This document shows positions 32,432 to 43,239 of a stretch of DNA of 64,000 nucleotides, one piece after another. Under the pieces are notes generated by a model, which searched no databases, had not been told where the DNA came from, and was given only the letters and a program-made list of their open reading frames with translations. Source of the DNA: Sulfurimonas crateris (lineage in GTDB: Bacteria > Campylobacterota > Campylobacteria > Campylobacterales > Sulfurimonadaceae). The stretch is taken from positions 10,042 through 74,041 of the forward strand of contig CAMBTK010000002.1 in assembly GCA_945870785.1 (NCBI GenBank), in the 5' to 3' direction. The position numbers and the translations under genes were made by a program. Positions within the stretch are counted from its first letter, which is position 1, and each line of letters begins with the position of its first letter.

Positions 32432-32947
32432 ATGAAGATTATCACAGCCGCGCTGTTTTTATTGTTGTCTGTAAACTTGTTTGCAAGTGAGTTCTATACA
32501 AAAGTGATATATGAGCCATTAGAGAGCTATTATCCAAAGCTTAAAAAAGCAATTGACGAAAACCATATGAATATTTTATATGAGATGGATTTAATTAAGC
32601 AGTTTAAAGACGAAGGCTACTCAGAGAAGTTCGGAAAAGATTTTAATAAAAACAATTTACAGGGTGTAAAAACACTTCTTATCTGTAACGGATATGTTGG
32701 AAATCAAGTTTCAAACCTAGACCCAAAAATGATGGCACTTTGTCCAATTAGATTGACAATTATTGAAGAGAATAAAAAGCTAACAGTAACATTCTTGAGA
32801 CACGATACTATTGAAACGTCAAAAGAGATTAAAAGCTTATTGACTAAATTAGATACTATTCTTAAAAATACTATAGATTTAACAACTGACGAGTATATGA
32901 AAAAAGCAAATATTAGCTCATACGAGTCAATTCACGAAGGAAACTAA
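32432..32947 (+). CDS. Exported DUF302 domain protein
   Basis: Signal peptide; LLICN...ALCPIRLTI pattern. Confidence 0.75.
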   Translation: MKIITAALFLLLSVNLFASEFYTKVIYEPLESYYPKLKKAIDENHMNILYEMDLIKQFKDEGYSEKFGKDFNKNNLQGVKTLLICNGYVGNQVSNLDPKMMALCPIRLTIIEENKKLTVTFLRHDTIETSKEIKSLLTKLDTILKNTIDLTTDEYMKKANISSYESIHEGN

Positions 32948-32953
32948 TTTCTT

Positions 32954-32981
32954 AAACACCAAATATTTTAGTTTGGTGTTT
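32954..32981. terminator. Hairpin between convergent DUF302 gene and murB
   Basis: AAACACCAAA...TTTGGTGTTT 10-bp stem. Confidence 0.55.
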
Positions 32982-33780
32982 TAACTTCTCTCATATAATT
33001 AGTATCTAAAATGGCTATTTCACACTCAAGCAAAATTCCAAACTCATTTAGAACTCTTCTTTGCGCCTCTTTTATAAGATAAATTGCATCATCAAATGTG
33101 CCACCCCCATGGTTTACCAAAAAGTTTGCATGTTCCTTGCTAAACTCCATTGCACCAACTCTTAGCCCTTTTAATCCAACAGCTTCAATCAATCTTCCAG
33201 CATAATCACCTTGTGGATTTTTAAAACAACTTCCTGCGCTCGGGGCTGATGGTTGGTTTTGGCGCATTTTTTTAAACAGCTCTACTCTATCTTTTGAAAA
33301 TCCACTCTCTAGCTCAAATATAGCCTCTAAGATAGGGCTCGTAATCTTTGTAAACCTATATCCATGTTTTATCTCATCTTTTAAAAAATTGCCCTCACAA
33401 GTGGTTATGGATATAAGATTATTGAAAATTTCATACTCTTTAAGCCCAGCATTCATAAAAACCAATCCGCCCAATGTTCCAGGTAGATGTGAGAGAAATT
33501 CAAAATTTGCAATATCGTGCTTTTTACAAAATGATGCAATTTTGCCAGAGGGAGTTGCTGCGCCGATTTTAAGAGTGTTGTCTTCTATCTTGATATAGTC
33601 ATATTTTTTAGATAGCTTTAGAAGTGGTGGAGGATTTGTGCCTATTAGCAGATTGTTGCACGAGCCTATCAAATAGTAATCTCTGTATGAAGCAGAACAA
33701 TCTTCTAAGATAGAGACTTCAAAAGAGGCACCGATTTTTATCGAAGAGAATTTAGAGAAGTCGATACTCTGCTTTTTCAT
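32968..33780 (-). CDS. murB: UDP-N-acetylenolpyruvoylglucosamine reductase
   Basis: PGTLGG..MNAG, SAGSCFKNP and HANFLVN motifs. Confidence 0.95.
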   Translation of the reverse strand: MKKQSIDFSKFSSIKIGASFEVSILEDCSASYRDYYLIGSCNNLLIGTNPPPLLKLSKKYDYIKIEDNTLKIGAATPSGKIASFCKKHDIANFEFLSHLPGTLGGLVFMNAGLKEYEIFNNLISITTCEGNFLKDEIKHGYRFTKITSPILEAIFELESGFSKDRVELFKKMRQNQPSAPSAGSCFKNPQGDYAGRLIEAVGLKGLRVGAMEFSKEHANFLVNHGGGTFDDAIYLIKEAQRRVLNEFGILLECEIAILDTNYMREVKTPN

Positions 33781-34046
33781 TACTCTACAAAGTCTGGCAT
33801 CATGTTAAATACTTCTGTTGAGAAGTCTATCATTACGTTTAGCATCCATGGCATAGTTAAGATGATAACAATGGCAACGCCGACTATTTTAGGGATAAAA
33901 CTAAGTGTCATCTCATTTATTTGGGTGGTTGCTTGAAATATACTTACAGCCAAACCTATAAACATACCAACTAAAAGACCTGGAAGAGCCAACATAAGGG
34001 CTATCTTAAAAGTATCAATTCCAAGAGAGATGAGTTTAGCTTCCAT
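33780..34046 (-). CDS. fliQ: Flagellar export protein FliQ
   Basis: FQATTQINEMTLSFIPK signature. Confidence 0.97.
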   Translation of the reverse strand: MEAKLISLGIDTFKIALMLALPGLLVGMFIGLAVSIFQATTQINEMTLSFIPKIVGVAIVIILTMPWMLNVMIDFSTEVFNMMPDFVE

Positions 34047-34909
34047 TATGAGTGTCTCAAATCTTTATATTCACTAGGTATCATAAAGTCTTCCACGCAA
34101 AGAGGCGCATCATAAAAACCATTTTTGTATCCAATCTCAAAAAGTTTGTTGATAGCTTTGTACTGGATAGGGCTAAGTGTGATGGAATCATCATTTGCAT
34201 AGAGTTCGAGATATTTATCTAATGTTTGCGCATCAATTCGCACTAAAGATCTCTCCAGTAACATTTGTGAGAGTTTTTGTTTATGTTCTCTTGCTACTCG
34301 TACAGCTTTTGTTAGAGTCTCTTCATACGCTATTGCTCTGTTTAATGGGATTGAGCGACTAATCGCCATTCCGCCAAGAGGAAGAGGAAGCCCTCCACCT
34401 GAGAGCTCTTGCCAGATATCCCACATTTCACGCTCAACTTCAAGCTCACTGTTATAAGTCAAAATACTTTCATGAATAAGAACTCCCGCATCAACTTTGC
34501 CCTCTATTACAGCCTGTTCTATCTCTAAAAAATTCATATAAGTTATTCTGGCATCTGGAAAAGCGATACGAAAGAGCATAGCATTTGTCGTATGTTCTCC
34601 GCTAAGAGCAACTTTAAAGTTACGCTTTAGCGTTGTACCTTTTCTTTTTATAACTTTTGGTCCATACCCATCGCCAAAACTAACAGCAGTTCTAAGCGGG
34701 GCATAATCCTCTCTGATATGTGGATATAGAGCAAAACTAATAGCTACTATCTCATAAACACCATTTAGGGCTTTTTCATTTAGTGTTTGAATATCTTCAG
34801 CGATATTGTCAAATAGGGTGCCTTCCATGTCTACCCAACCAAACTTTATAGCATAGTACATAAAGATATCATCAGCATCTGGTGAATGAGCAATAAGCGT
34901 CTTTTTCAA
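34046..34909 (-). CDS. mqnD: Futalosine-pathway menaquinone biosynthesis protein (MqnD family)
   Basis: HSPDADDIFM, GVLIHE and LPLPLG motifs; TTG start after AGGA. Confidence 0.85.
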   Translation of the reverse strand: MKKTLIAHSPDADDIFMYYAIKFGWVDMEGTLFDNIAEDIQTLNEKALNGVYEIVAISFALYPHIREDYAPLRTAVSFGDGYGPKVIKRKGTTLKRNFKVALSGEHTTNAMLFRIAFPDARITYMNFLEIEQAVIEGKVDAGVLIHESILTYNSELEVEREMWDIWQELSGGGLPLPLGGMAISRSIPLNRAIAYEETLTKAVRVAREHKQKLSQMLLERSLVRIDAQTLDKYLELYANDDSITLSPIQYKAINKLFEIGYKNGFYDAPLCVEDFMIPSEYKDLRHS

Positions 34910-34973
34910 AGTATCTAACCATCCTCTAAGAGATTAAAATATAAATTTGATTTTAACTAAATAAGCATAAATT

Positions 34974-37304
34974 CTACATGTGTTGGAGCAAAAATTCCCT
35001 ACACGCATCTACTCTTAAGGGTTTGGAGTAGAAGTAGCCTTGTATATTAGGACACCCTTCTTGTAGAAGAAAATCTCTCTGCTCTTTAGTTTCCACACCT
35101 TCGGCAATTACATCTAAGGAGAGGTTTTTTGCGAGAGCAATAATTGTCTTGACAATTGCAATATCATCTTTGTCAAATGGCAAATCTTTTACAAAACTGC
35201 GATCAATTTTTAGTTTATCAATGGGGAGACGTTTTAGGTATGATAAAGATGAGTAGCCAGTTCCAAAATCATCTACAGAAATAGATATTCCTAATTCTTT
35301 AATGCCATTAAGTAGTGATATCACATGTAAGCTGTGTTTCATGATAAGCCCCTCCGTAATCTCTATTTCCAAATCCGCAGGAGAGAGACCAATTGTTTCA
35401 ACTTTTTGGCGCAGATACTCTATGTAGTTAGGATCTTCTAACTGTTTTGCTGATACATTGATAGAGAGTTTTCCGCATTGTATGTTTTCATTTTTCCATG
35501 CTAGAACTTGCGCAGCAGACTCTCTCATCATCCATTTGTCTATTTCAATAATAAGTCCAATGTCCTCAGCAAAAGGGATAAACACAACAGGAGGAATAAG
35601 ACCTAGCTCTGGGTGATTCCAGCGTATTAGTGCTTCAAGCCCTATAACTTTATCTACTCTAGCGTCTATTTTAGGTTGAAAGTAGACTTCAAACTCTCCA
35701 TTTTTGATAGCTTTTCTTAGGTTGCTCTCAAGCAAAACCCTCTCTAGCGCTAGTTCTGTCATCTGCTTATTGTAGAATTGGTATCTATTTTTACCGTTGC
35801 TCTTAGCCTCATACATAGCAGTATCTGCATTTCTGATTAAAATATCTCCGCTATTGCCATCATCAGGAAAAATACTTATACCTATACTAAAGGTTGTATG
35901 TATTTTTATACCATTTATAACAATAGGCTCATTTATGTTTTCCATAATAGTTGTAACAATATCAATTGTGCCTTCTTCGCTTGAGTCGTTTAGTATTATT
36001 ATAAATTCATCACCACCAAACCTTCCAATCGTGTCCTCTCTTTTTATATAATTTTTGAGTTTCTTGGAGATCTCTTTTAGAAGTTTGTCTCCTGTTTCAT
36101 GGTTGTAAGTATCATTTATCTCTTTAAATCTATCTAGGTCTAAGAATAAAATTGATACCTTTTGATTATTTTTATTTGCTATGTTTATGCTGCGTTCAAG
36201 CTTGTCAATAAGTAAAAGTTTATTTGGAAGATTTGTTAGATGGTCATAACGAAAAAGATGTTCAAGCTTACCAGCCGTCATTTTAATCTTTTTTTGAAGG
36301 CTTACATTTTTTTGTTCTATATTGCTTTTTTCTTTTTTAAAGTTAAGATAATAAGAAAGTAGAACTAAAAAGGTAAAAATAGAGATAAAGAAAAAGATTA
36401 AAGCATCCCTTACTCTAGAGATATGACTAAAATCAATTTTATTTAAATCTTGAAAAATGATGAAATACGCAATCTCAATATTTTCTGGATTCTTAAGATG
36501 GTATGTGCATATAAGTTTATTTTTATCATGGTTTATACGAAACGCTATTTCACCTATAAAGTGCTCGACGCCTTCACTTTTGATAAGCTCTAAATTCTCT
36601 TTTTTGTAGTTAGAATTTGCTACATAATAATCTGAAACAAAAACTTTTTTTGATGGTTCAAGCAGAATATTTTTATATTTTTTATCAGCCAAAAAGATAG
36701 TCTCATAACCAATTTTTTTCATTTTTTCATCTATTGAATCAAAGTTGGAAATTGTTTCGATAGAGCCTATAAAATTGCCATTTTTATAAATTGGCACCAT
36801 AGATTTGAAAGTTATATCAAAGAGACCAGCGCTAATTGAAGATATAACATGTGGATTTTTAATCATCTCTGCAACATCATCTCTAATTATAGAGAGATTG
36901 TCACCTCTTTTGGCTGTCCAACTTCTATAAAAACTTTTGCCATCTGAAGTTATAAGTTGAAACCATGTTCCGCTTAGTGAAGTGTTTTTAGTTAGATTTT
37001 CTGAAAATTCTTCTAGATTTAGTTTTGAAATATCTTTACTCTCAAGAGCCTCTTTCGTAAGTGTATCGTTAGCGATAGGCAGTGTCACAAAAAGAAGAGC
37101 CTCTTTTTTTTCATCAATAAGTGTTTTTAATTTTTCATTTGTTTCTTTAGCTAAGTCTTGATATTTCTCACTCTTTAGAGCTTCAACTTTGGAGTTTATA
37201 AAAAGAAAACCAGAAATTAGCAAAATTATTGAGATAATTATTATATATTTTGGCAAAAAAAGATTAAGTTGTGTTTTTTGAATCAAAATGTAAGCCCCAT
37301 GCAA
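34974..37304 (-). CDS. Membrane Cache-GGDEF-EAL c-di-GMP protein
   Basis: TM-periplasmic-TM, RFGGDEF, EALIRW and DDFGTGYSS. Exact start uncertain. Confidence 0.92.
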   Translation of the reverse strand: MHGAYILIQKTQLNLFLPKYIIIISIILLISGFLFINSKVEALKSEKYQDLAKETNEKLKTLIDEKKEALLFVTLPIANDTLTKEALESKDISKLNLEEFSENLTKNTSLSGTWFQLITSDGKSFYRSWTAKRGDNLSIIRDDVAEMIKNPHVISSISAGLFDITFKSMVPIYKNGNFIGSIETISNFDSIDEKMKKIGYETIFLADKKYKNILLEPSKKVFVSDYYVANSNYKKENLELIKSEGVEHFIGEIAFRINHDKNKLICTYHLKNPENIEIAYFIIFQDLNKIDFSHISRVRDALIFFFISIFTFLVLLSYYLNFKKEKSNIEQKNVSLQKKIKMTAGKLEHLFRYDHLTNLPNKLLLIDKLERSINIANKNNQKVSILFLDLDRFKEINDTYNHETGDKLLKEISKKLKNYIKREDTIGRFGGDEFIIILNDSSEEGTIDIVTTIMENINEPIVINGIKIHTTFSIGISIFPDDGNSGDILIRNADTAMYEAKSNGKNRYQFYNKQMTELALERVLLESNLRKAIKNGEFEVYFQPKIDARVDKVIGLEALIRWNHPELGLIPPVVFIPFAEDIGLIIEIDKWMMRESAAQVLAWKNENIQCGKLSINVSAKQLEDPNYIEYLRQKVETIGLSPADLEIEITEGLIMKHSLHVISLLNGIKELGISISVDDFGTGYSSLSYLKRLPIDKLKIDRSFVKDLPFDKDDIAIVKTIIALAKNLSLDVIAEGVETKEQRDFLLQEGCPNIQGYFYSKPLRVDACREFLLQHM

Positions 37305-37392
37305 GAATTGTATTTAATCTCTATATTGTACTTTATAAACAATGTTTTAACAAAAAAAAAGGTAAAATCGCATTAATTTATAAAAAAAATTA

Positions 37393-37442
37393 TATGACAA
37401 TTTGCAATATTTTTGAGTATAAAAAATAAATTGGCATATAAT
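37393..37442 (+). promoter_or_regulatory. Box TATGACAATTTGCAATA and -10 TATAAT upstream of recA
   Basis: 15/17 identical to the comM box, with the same 44-bp offset to the -10. Confidence 0.55.
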
Positions 37443-37473
37443 AAGTCTAAATTTACTATAAAGTGAGCCTAAC

Positions 37474-38511
37474 ATGGACGCAAATAAACAAAAATCACTA
37501 GACTTGGCTATGAAACAGATTGATAAGGCATTTGGAAAAGGTGCTCTTATGAGACTTGGAGACAAAGAAATTGTGCCAATTGAGTCAATAAGTACAGGCT
37601 CACTAGGGCTTGATTTAGCTCTTGGAATAGGCGGAATACCGCAAGGCAGAGTTGTTGAGATATATGGACCTGAGAGTTCAGGTAAAACTACCCTAGCACT
37701 TCAAATAACAGCAGAGTGCCAAAAGGCAGGTGGAGTTTGTGCTTTTATTGATGCAGAACATGCCCTTGATGTTGGATATGCAAAAAATTTAGGTGTAGAT
37801 GTTGAAAACCTTCTTGTATCTCAGCCAGACTATGGCGAACAAGCACTAGATATTGTCGAGACAATAGCAAGAAGCGGGGCAATCGACCTTATAGTAATTG
37901 ACTCTGTTGCAGCACTTACTCCAAAGTCTGAGATAGAAGGTGAAATGTCTGATCAAAATGTTGGTGTTCAAGCAAGGCTGATGTCAAAAGCTCTTCGCAA
38001 ACTAACAGGGATACTTCACAAAATGAACTGTACTGTTATTTTTATCAACCAGATTCGTATGAAAATCGGAATGATGGGATACGGTTCTCCTGAGACAACA
38101 ACAGGTGGAAATGCACTGAAGTTTTATGCTTCTGTACGTATTGATGTAAGACGTATCGCGTCGCTTAAACAGGGTGAGAGTCAGATAGGTAATCGTGTTA
38201 AAGCAAAAGTTATAAAAAACAAAGTTGCTCCTCCTTTCCGTCAGGCTGAGTTTGATATAATGTTCGGCGAAGGTATTTCAAAAGAGGGTGAACTCGTTGA
38301 TTATGGTGTTAAACTTGACATCATAGACAAAAGTGGTGCTTGGTTCTCTTATGAAGATATAAAGTTAGGGCAAGGGCGCGAAAATGTTAAAGCTAAGTTC
38401 AAAGAAGAACCAGCTTTGGCTCGTGAAATTGAAGAGAAAATTAAATCTGCTATGGGCATGAGTGACCTTATGACAATGGATAGTATAGAGATGTCTGAGG
38501 CAGATCTTTAG
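37474..38511 (+). CDS. recA: Recombinase A
   Basis: [19 protein letters not shown] and [12 protein letters not shown] motifs. Confidence 0.99.
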   Translation: MDANKQKSLDLAMKQIDKAFGKGALMRLGDKEIVPIESISTGSLGLDLALGIGGIPQGRVVEIYGPESSGKTTLALQITAECQKAGGVCAFIDAEHALDVGYAKNLGVDVENLLVSQPDYGEQALDIVETIARSGAIDLIVIDSVAALTPKSEIEGEMSDQNVGVQARLMSKALRKLTGILHKMNCTVIFINQIRMKIGMMGYGSPETTTGGNALKFYASVRIDVRRIASLKQGESQIGNRVKAKVIKNKVAPPFRQAEFDIMFGEGISKEGELVDYGVKLDIIDKSGAWFSYEDIKLGQGRENVKAKFKEEPALAREIEEKIKSAMGMSDLMTMDSIEMSEADL

Positions 38512-38569
38512 GTTCTCTATAAAAAAAATGATAAAATATTATACTTAATACAAAAGAGGTGGTTAAAAG

Positions 38570-39835
38570 ATGTTTATTGATAATGTAAGTGCGATTGAAG
38601 TAATGGATTCTCGCGGAAACCCAACAGTAAAAACAACAGTAGAGTTAAGTGATGGAACTAGAGCAAGTGCTATCGTTCCATCAGGTGCAAGTACTGGAAA
38701 ACGTGAAGCGCTAGAACTTCGTGATGGCGGAAGCAGATACATGGGCAAAGGTGTTTTAAAAGCAGTTGAAAATGTAAACTCTCAAATCTCTGATGCTCTT
38801 ATTGGTCTATCTCCTTTTAATCAAGCCGTAATTGACGCGACTATGAAAGAGCTAGATGGAACTGATAACTATGGAAACTTAGGCGCAAATGCTGTTCTTG
38901 GTGCTTCTATGGCAGTAGCACGTGCTGCTGCAAAAAGTTTGGGAATCCCTCTTTATCGCTATTTAGGTGGTGCTAACGCTATGGTTATGCCAACACCTAT
39001 GTTAAATATTATCAATGGCGGAAGCCATGCAGATAACTCGGTAGATTTTCAAGAATATATGATTATGCCTATCGGGTTTGAAGACTTCGCGTCTGCTCTT
39101 AGTGCAAGCGCTGAAGTTTACCACAATCTAAAAGCTATTTTAAAAGCTAAAAAACACAATACTGCACTTGGTGATGAGGGTGGTTTTGCACCAGATTTAG
39201 GTTCAAATGAAGAACCAATCCAAATCGTAATGGAAGCAATAGAAAAAGCTGGATACAAAGCAGGAGAGCAGATGGCTATAGCGCTTGATGTTGCTGCTTC
39301 TGAACTTGTAGTAGATGGCGGATATAGACTTGATAGCGAAAACAGAACTATTACATCGGCACAGCTTGTTGATTATTATGTAGATTTGTGCAACAAATAC
39401 CCAATAGTCTCTATTGAAGATGGCTTAAGTGAAGATGACTGGGATGGCTGGAAGCTACTAACTGAAAAACTAGGAGATAGAGTTCAGCTTGTTGGAGATG
39501 ACCTTTTTGTAACTAATGCTAGTATCTTAAATGAAGGTATTAAAAAAGGCATTGCTAACTCAATCCTTATAAAACCAAACCAAATAGGTTCAGTAAGTGA
39601 GACTATGCAAACAGTTCGCCTTGCTCAAAGAAATGGTTATAAATGTGTTATGAGCCACCGTTCAGGTGAGAGTGAAGATGCATTTATCGCTGATTTTGCT
39701 GTTGCTCTTAATTGTGGTGAGATAAAAACAGGTTCAACTGCACGTGGAGAGAGAACAGCTAAATACAATCGCCTCTTGGAGATTGAGAATGAAGTTGTTT
39801 ACGGTGAATATTTAGGTTCAGAGCTTTTTAACTAA
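38570..39835 (+). CDS. eno: Enolase
   Basis: DSRGNPT, PSGASTG, SHRSGE and IKTG motifs. Confidence 0.99.
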   Translation: MFIDNVSAIEVMDSRGNPTVKTTVELSDGTRASAIVPSGASTGKREALELRDGGSRYMGKGVLKAVENVNSQISDALIGLSPFNQAVIDATMKELDGTDNYGNLGANAVLGASMAVARAAAKSLGIPLYRYLGGANAMVMPTPMLNIINGGSHADNSVDFQEYMIMPIGFEDFASALSASAEVYHNLKAILKAKKHNTALGDEGGFAPDLGSNEEPIQIVMEAIEKAGYKAGEQMAIALDVAASELVVDGGYRLDSENRTITSAQLVDYYVDLCNKYPIVSIEDGLSEDDWDGWKLLTEKLGDRVQLVGDDLFVTNASILNEGIKKGIANSILIKPNQIGSVSETMQTVRLAQRNGYKCVMSHRSGESEDAFIADFAVALNCGEIKTGSTARGERTAKYNRLLEIENEVVYGEYLGSELFN

Positions 39836-39843
39836 GAATAATA

Positions 39844-40122
39844 ATGAATAAAGAAGAACTTTTTGATAAATATGAAGATAGACCAAGCTTTTCACAAAAA
39901 TATCTTGGTATATCATTCTCTAAGTTCTCTTTACTTCTTTTTTTAGTTTTAGGCATGGGTGTCTATATCGGATTGCTTCTTTATGGAGAGAATTCGTTAC
40001 AGGTTTATATGGGTTTGAGCGATTATCAGAATCATCTGCAAACAGAGATAGAGAGACTAAAAAATGAAAACGCAGAGCTTCAAAGAGAATACTTTGAACT
40101 AAAAGAGATTTCTGCAAAATAG
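39844..40122 (+). CDS. FtsB/DivIC-like septum formation initiator
   Basis: Single TM, YGENS, then coiled coil; follows eno. Confidence 0.75.
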   Translation: MNKEELFDKYEDRPSFSQKYLGISFSKFSLLLFLVLGMGVYIGLLLYGENSLQVYMGLSDYQNHLQTEIERLKNENAELQREYFELKEISAK

Positions 40123-40166
40123 TATTTAACTTGCTATAATGCATGTAAATATATTTAGGGGTTGTT

Positions 40167-40838
40167 TTGATTAAAGTTTTATTAATTTCTACTTTACTAT
40201 TTTTAACACTAAATGCTCGTGAAAATCCTTTTTTTCCATCTGATGGCGAAAAGGATATTGTCTTAACTACAAATGAAGACACCTCTAAAGAACCGCTCAA
40301 AAGAGCCTCAATTTCTATTCCTAATCAAGCTAGAATTTTACAAAAAGTAACGATAGAGTATAAAAATCTTGACGGTTCTATTGAGAGAAAAAGTATTGAT
40401 TTAGATAACTCCATAGATTGGCATTCACCTATTTTTATATCGCAAAACTACCCACAAACACAAATTGAAACTAAAAGTGAAGAGACAATCAAGAGTAAAG
40501 TTGAACCAAAAACGGAACTGAAGCCGAGCGTAAATGTTTCTAACGACAATGTTACACTTGAATATCTATCTATATTTGTCTCTGGAAAAACGTTGAAACT
40601 CGTAACAAAACATGAATCAATAAGAAACTTTTTATTAGCAGATCCACATAGAATTGTTATAGATTTTAAGAGTGATGCAGAGGTTAAAAACTATATTAGA
40701 AAAAATATTGATTCTATTTTTACAGAAATTAGAGTTGGAAATCACGATAAATTTTATAGAGTTGTAGTTGAACTTGATGGACATTATAAATATAATTTCA
40801 AAAAAATATCTGAGGGTTATCTCTTAGAACTAAAATAA
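40167..40838 (+). CDS. AMIN domain periplasmic protein
   Basis: Signal peptide, ARENPF, PHRIVIDF and RVVVELDG. TGCTATAAT at 40132-40140. Confidence 0.85.
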   Translation: MIKVLLISTLLFLTLNARENPFFPSDGEKDIVLTTNEDTSKEPLKRASISIPNQARILQKVTIEYKNLDGSIERKSIDLDNSIDWHSPIFISQNYPQTQIETKSEETIKSKVEPKTELKPSVNVSNDNVTLEYLSIFVSGKTLKLVTKHESIRNFLLADPHRIVIDFKSDAEVKNYIRKNIDSIFTEIRVGNHDKFYRVVVELDGHYKYNFKKISEGYLLELK

Positions 40839-40845
40839 ATCAGCT

Positions 40846-42672
40846 CTAAAAATAGTAGTTAAAATAGCACTTTAAACTTCTCTCTTGCTTCTCTTTTGCT
40901 CTCTCATCTCTTTGCTTGTAGTTATAATCAAATCTAAGTTGCGTATTTTGAGTAACTCTAAATCCTTGTGAGAGTTCAAAAAGATTTTGTCTATCCCCAG
41001 TATCATAGAATCTTTTTGTTAGCTCTATCTTAGTGCTCATATTGCTATATTTATCAAAAACAAATCCAGCTGAAGTTCCTATGGCGTATTTAAAACTATC
41101 ATCTATGTAAAATAGCGGATCTGTCATTATGTAGCTATAGCCCAACTCATTCCCCCAGCTAAGCCCAACTCCTACTGTACCTATAAAGTTTGCATGAGAG
41201 TCTAGTGAATCTTTGTCCCACCCAAATTTAGTTCTCCAAGATAAGTTTTCAAAAAAATATGAGCGTTGTGCAATAGAGACAATAGACAAAATTGTTGCAT
41301 CTTCAACTTCTGCTTTATATTCAGAATAAGAGAGCTCAACATTTAAAAACTCAATTTGAGTTCCTCTTAAAAATCCGTAGTTGCTATCCTCTAGGCTATG
41401 ATAAGCAGGGCGAATTCCTAAATATCCTACACTCTTGCCCTCTTTAACTCCAGCACCAACCATTGTTCTTATGGCTTGATGGCTTTGAAGTGGATTTGCA
41501 GGAGTTTTTATCTCTATTTTTTCTCCTAAGCCAAGAGAAGCTCTTGCTTTAGATAATGCGTGAAAAAGCTCCAAGTAGCGCTCTTTAGTTATTTTGCTTT
41601 TACTAAAGTTATACTCTAAGAGCTCTATGGAGGCTTCTAGTATATATCTTTTTTGCTCTATTTCAATCTTTGAATCTTGGGTAATGGAAATAGGCGATAT
41701 TTTTGAACTTATTAGCATAGCTGGGAGTGCTATATTTTTTTCATCAAGCAACTGCTCATACCTAAGAAGCAGTGTTCTTTTTGAGGGTCTATATGAGCTT
41801 TTTGTGATGATATGTTCATTCTCTACTGCATGAACTGTCTCAAGAGGGATAACTTGATAGCTAAAATATTTTCTCAAATCAATGGAAGGTCTGGCAGCTT
41901 CTACGAACCAGAGCATATTATAAGAGCAGTTTTCAGTAAAAAAATAGTAGTAAGAGTGTGTGTCGTTGAGCTCCCAGATATGCCTAACCATTCTAAGAAC
42001 TTCATCTTGAGTTAAGTCTAAGTCATATTCCCAAATATCTCTTTGTTCGCTATCTCTATACTCTTTTAGTTTTTCATAATATGGAAGTAAAGAGTATTTA
42101 CCATAGTATCCGCCAAAAAGACCTTTTATGGCAAAGAGAACACCATTTTCTTTATCTGGATTTGCGTCTGCTGCGTAATTTACAGCATAAGAGAGCAGTT
42201 TGGAGTCGTACTGAGAATTTATACGTAAAAAAGTGTGTCCAAACATCGAAGCTGGAGAGTTTATATGAGCGGAAGGAAAAACAAGCGTGACTGATTTTGG
42301 GTTTAATCTTGAGAGTACTTTATCATATTCGTTACATGTAACTTTTGGAAATTCAATTCCACTTAGCTCCTCTTTTATCCAAGAAGCTCTTGCTGGGAAT
42401 CTACATGCGGTTGCATTGTCATCAAAAGTAACTTCATTTAAAAGAGCATCTATTGTGGCATGAAGCTCATCTTTTGCGTCTGTTTTACCATTTTTTGAGA
42501 GAAAAAAACTCTCATCATCGATTTGGCTTATCCCATCTTCCATATGAAGAAGAATTCTCCAGTATCTAGTATCAGCTAATTTTAACTCATCTGCTTTTTG
42601 TTTATAGAACTCCGAAGAAGCTTCTAAGATAAGAGGTAAAAAAAATATTAAAAAAAGAAGAGGATTTAAAAT
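40846..42672 (-). CDS. DUF4105 / Lnb-like outer-membrane protein; probable ATT start at 42672
   Basis: SMFGHT, YYFFTENCSY and a C-terminal barrel ending YF. Frame stays open upstream of the ORF-track ATG (42543) through a signal peptide. Confidence 0.8.
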   Translation of the reverse strand: MLNPLLFLIFFLPLILEASSEFYKQKADELKLADTRYWRILLHMEDGISQIDDESFFLSKNGKTDAKDELHATIDALLNEVTFDDNATACRFPARASWIKEELSGIEFPKVTCNEYDKVLSRLNPKSVTLVFPSAHINSPASMFGHTFLRINSQYDSKLLSYAVNYAADANPDKENGVLFAIKGLFGGYYGKYSLLPYYEKLKEYRDSEQRDIWEYDLDLTQDEVLRMVRHIWELNDTHSYYYFFTENCSYNMLWFVEAARPSIDLRKYFSYQVIPLETVHAVENEHIITKSSYRPSKRTLLLRYEQLLDEKNIALPAMLISSKISPISITQDSKIEIEQKRYILEASIELLEYNFSKSKITKERYLELFHALSKARASLGLGEKIEIKTPANPLQSHQAIRTMVGAGVKEGKSVGYLGIRPAYHSLEDSNYGFLRGTQIEFLNVELSYSEYKAEVEDATILSIVSIAQRSYFFENLSWRTKFGWDKDSLDSHANFIGTVGVGLSWGNELGYSYIMTDPLFYIDDSFKYAIGTSAGFVFDKYSNMSTKIELTKRFYDTGDRQNLFELSQGFRVTQNTQLRFDYNYKQRDERAKEKQERSLKCYFNYYF

Positions 42673-42695
42673 TGGGAATTCCTAAGGGAGAGCTT

Positions 42696-42728
42696 ACTAA
42701 AAACGGATGAATTTTCATCCGTTTTAGT
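42696..42728 (-). terminator. Intrinsic terminator-like hairpin after the DUF3015 gene
   Basis: Minus strand AAAACGGATGAA-AA-TTCATCCGTTTTT. Confidence 0.7.
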
Positions 42729-42734
42729 TATCAA

Positions 42735-43181
42735 CTAGAGAGAAGTTGTAGAGATGTTATCTAAAACATCAGCCATTTTTGCATTTTGAGTTGTGTAAAT
42801 GCTGTTGTAGTTTGCTTGAAGTGAAGCTGAAAAAGTTGCTTTGTCAGATACTTCTAAAAGTTCTGCTAAAGTATCAACACTCTCGCCATAACCTTGTGCA
42901 ATCTCTTTTGCAAGTTGGTCCATATTTGAAGCAACGAACTCTTCAGCTCTTTCGTTCATAACAAATTGAGTTTTTTTACAACCAAGAGTTCCTGAAGTGA
43001 TACCAAATGTTTGGTTTCCAGAAGTACCGTTTGTTGTAGCTTGAAGAGCTAACATAATCGCAGTAGAATCATCTTTAATGATGATTGAACCTAGACCACA
43101 ACCAGTTTGAGAGTTAACACCAGCCATTGCTGAAGAACTAAGAGCTATAACCGCAGCGATACTTACTAAAATTTTTTTCAT
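42735..43181 (-). CDS. DUF3015 family exported protein
   Basis: GCGLGS, ATTNGTSGNQTFGITSGTLGC and LAKEIAQG.GE motifs. Start MKKILV after GAGGA. Confidence 0.88.
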   Translation of the reverse strand: MKKILVSIAAVIALSSSAMAGVNSQTGCGLGSIIIKDDSTAIMLALQATTNGTSGNQTFGITSGTLGCKKTQFVMNERAEEFVASNMDQLAKEIAQGYGESVDTLAELLEVSDKATFSASLQANYNSIYTTQNAKMADVLDNISTTSL

Positions 43182-43239
43182 AAAAAATCCTCTAACATTA
43201 AGATGCAACAATTGTAGGATTAATTAGCTTAACAAAATA

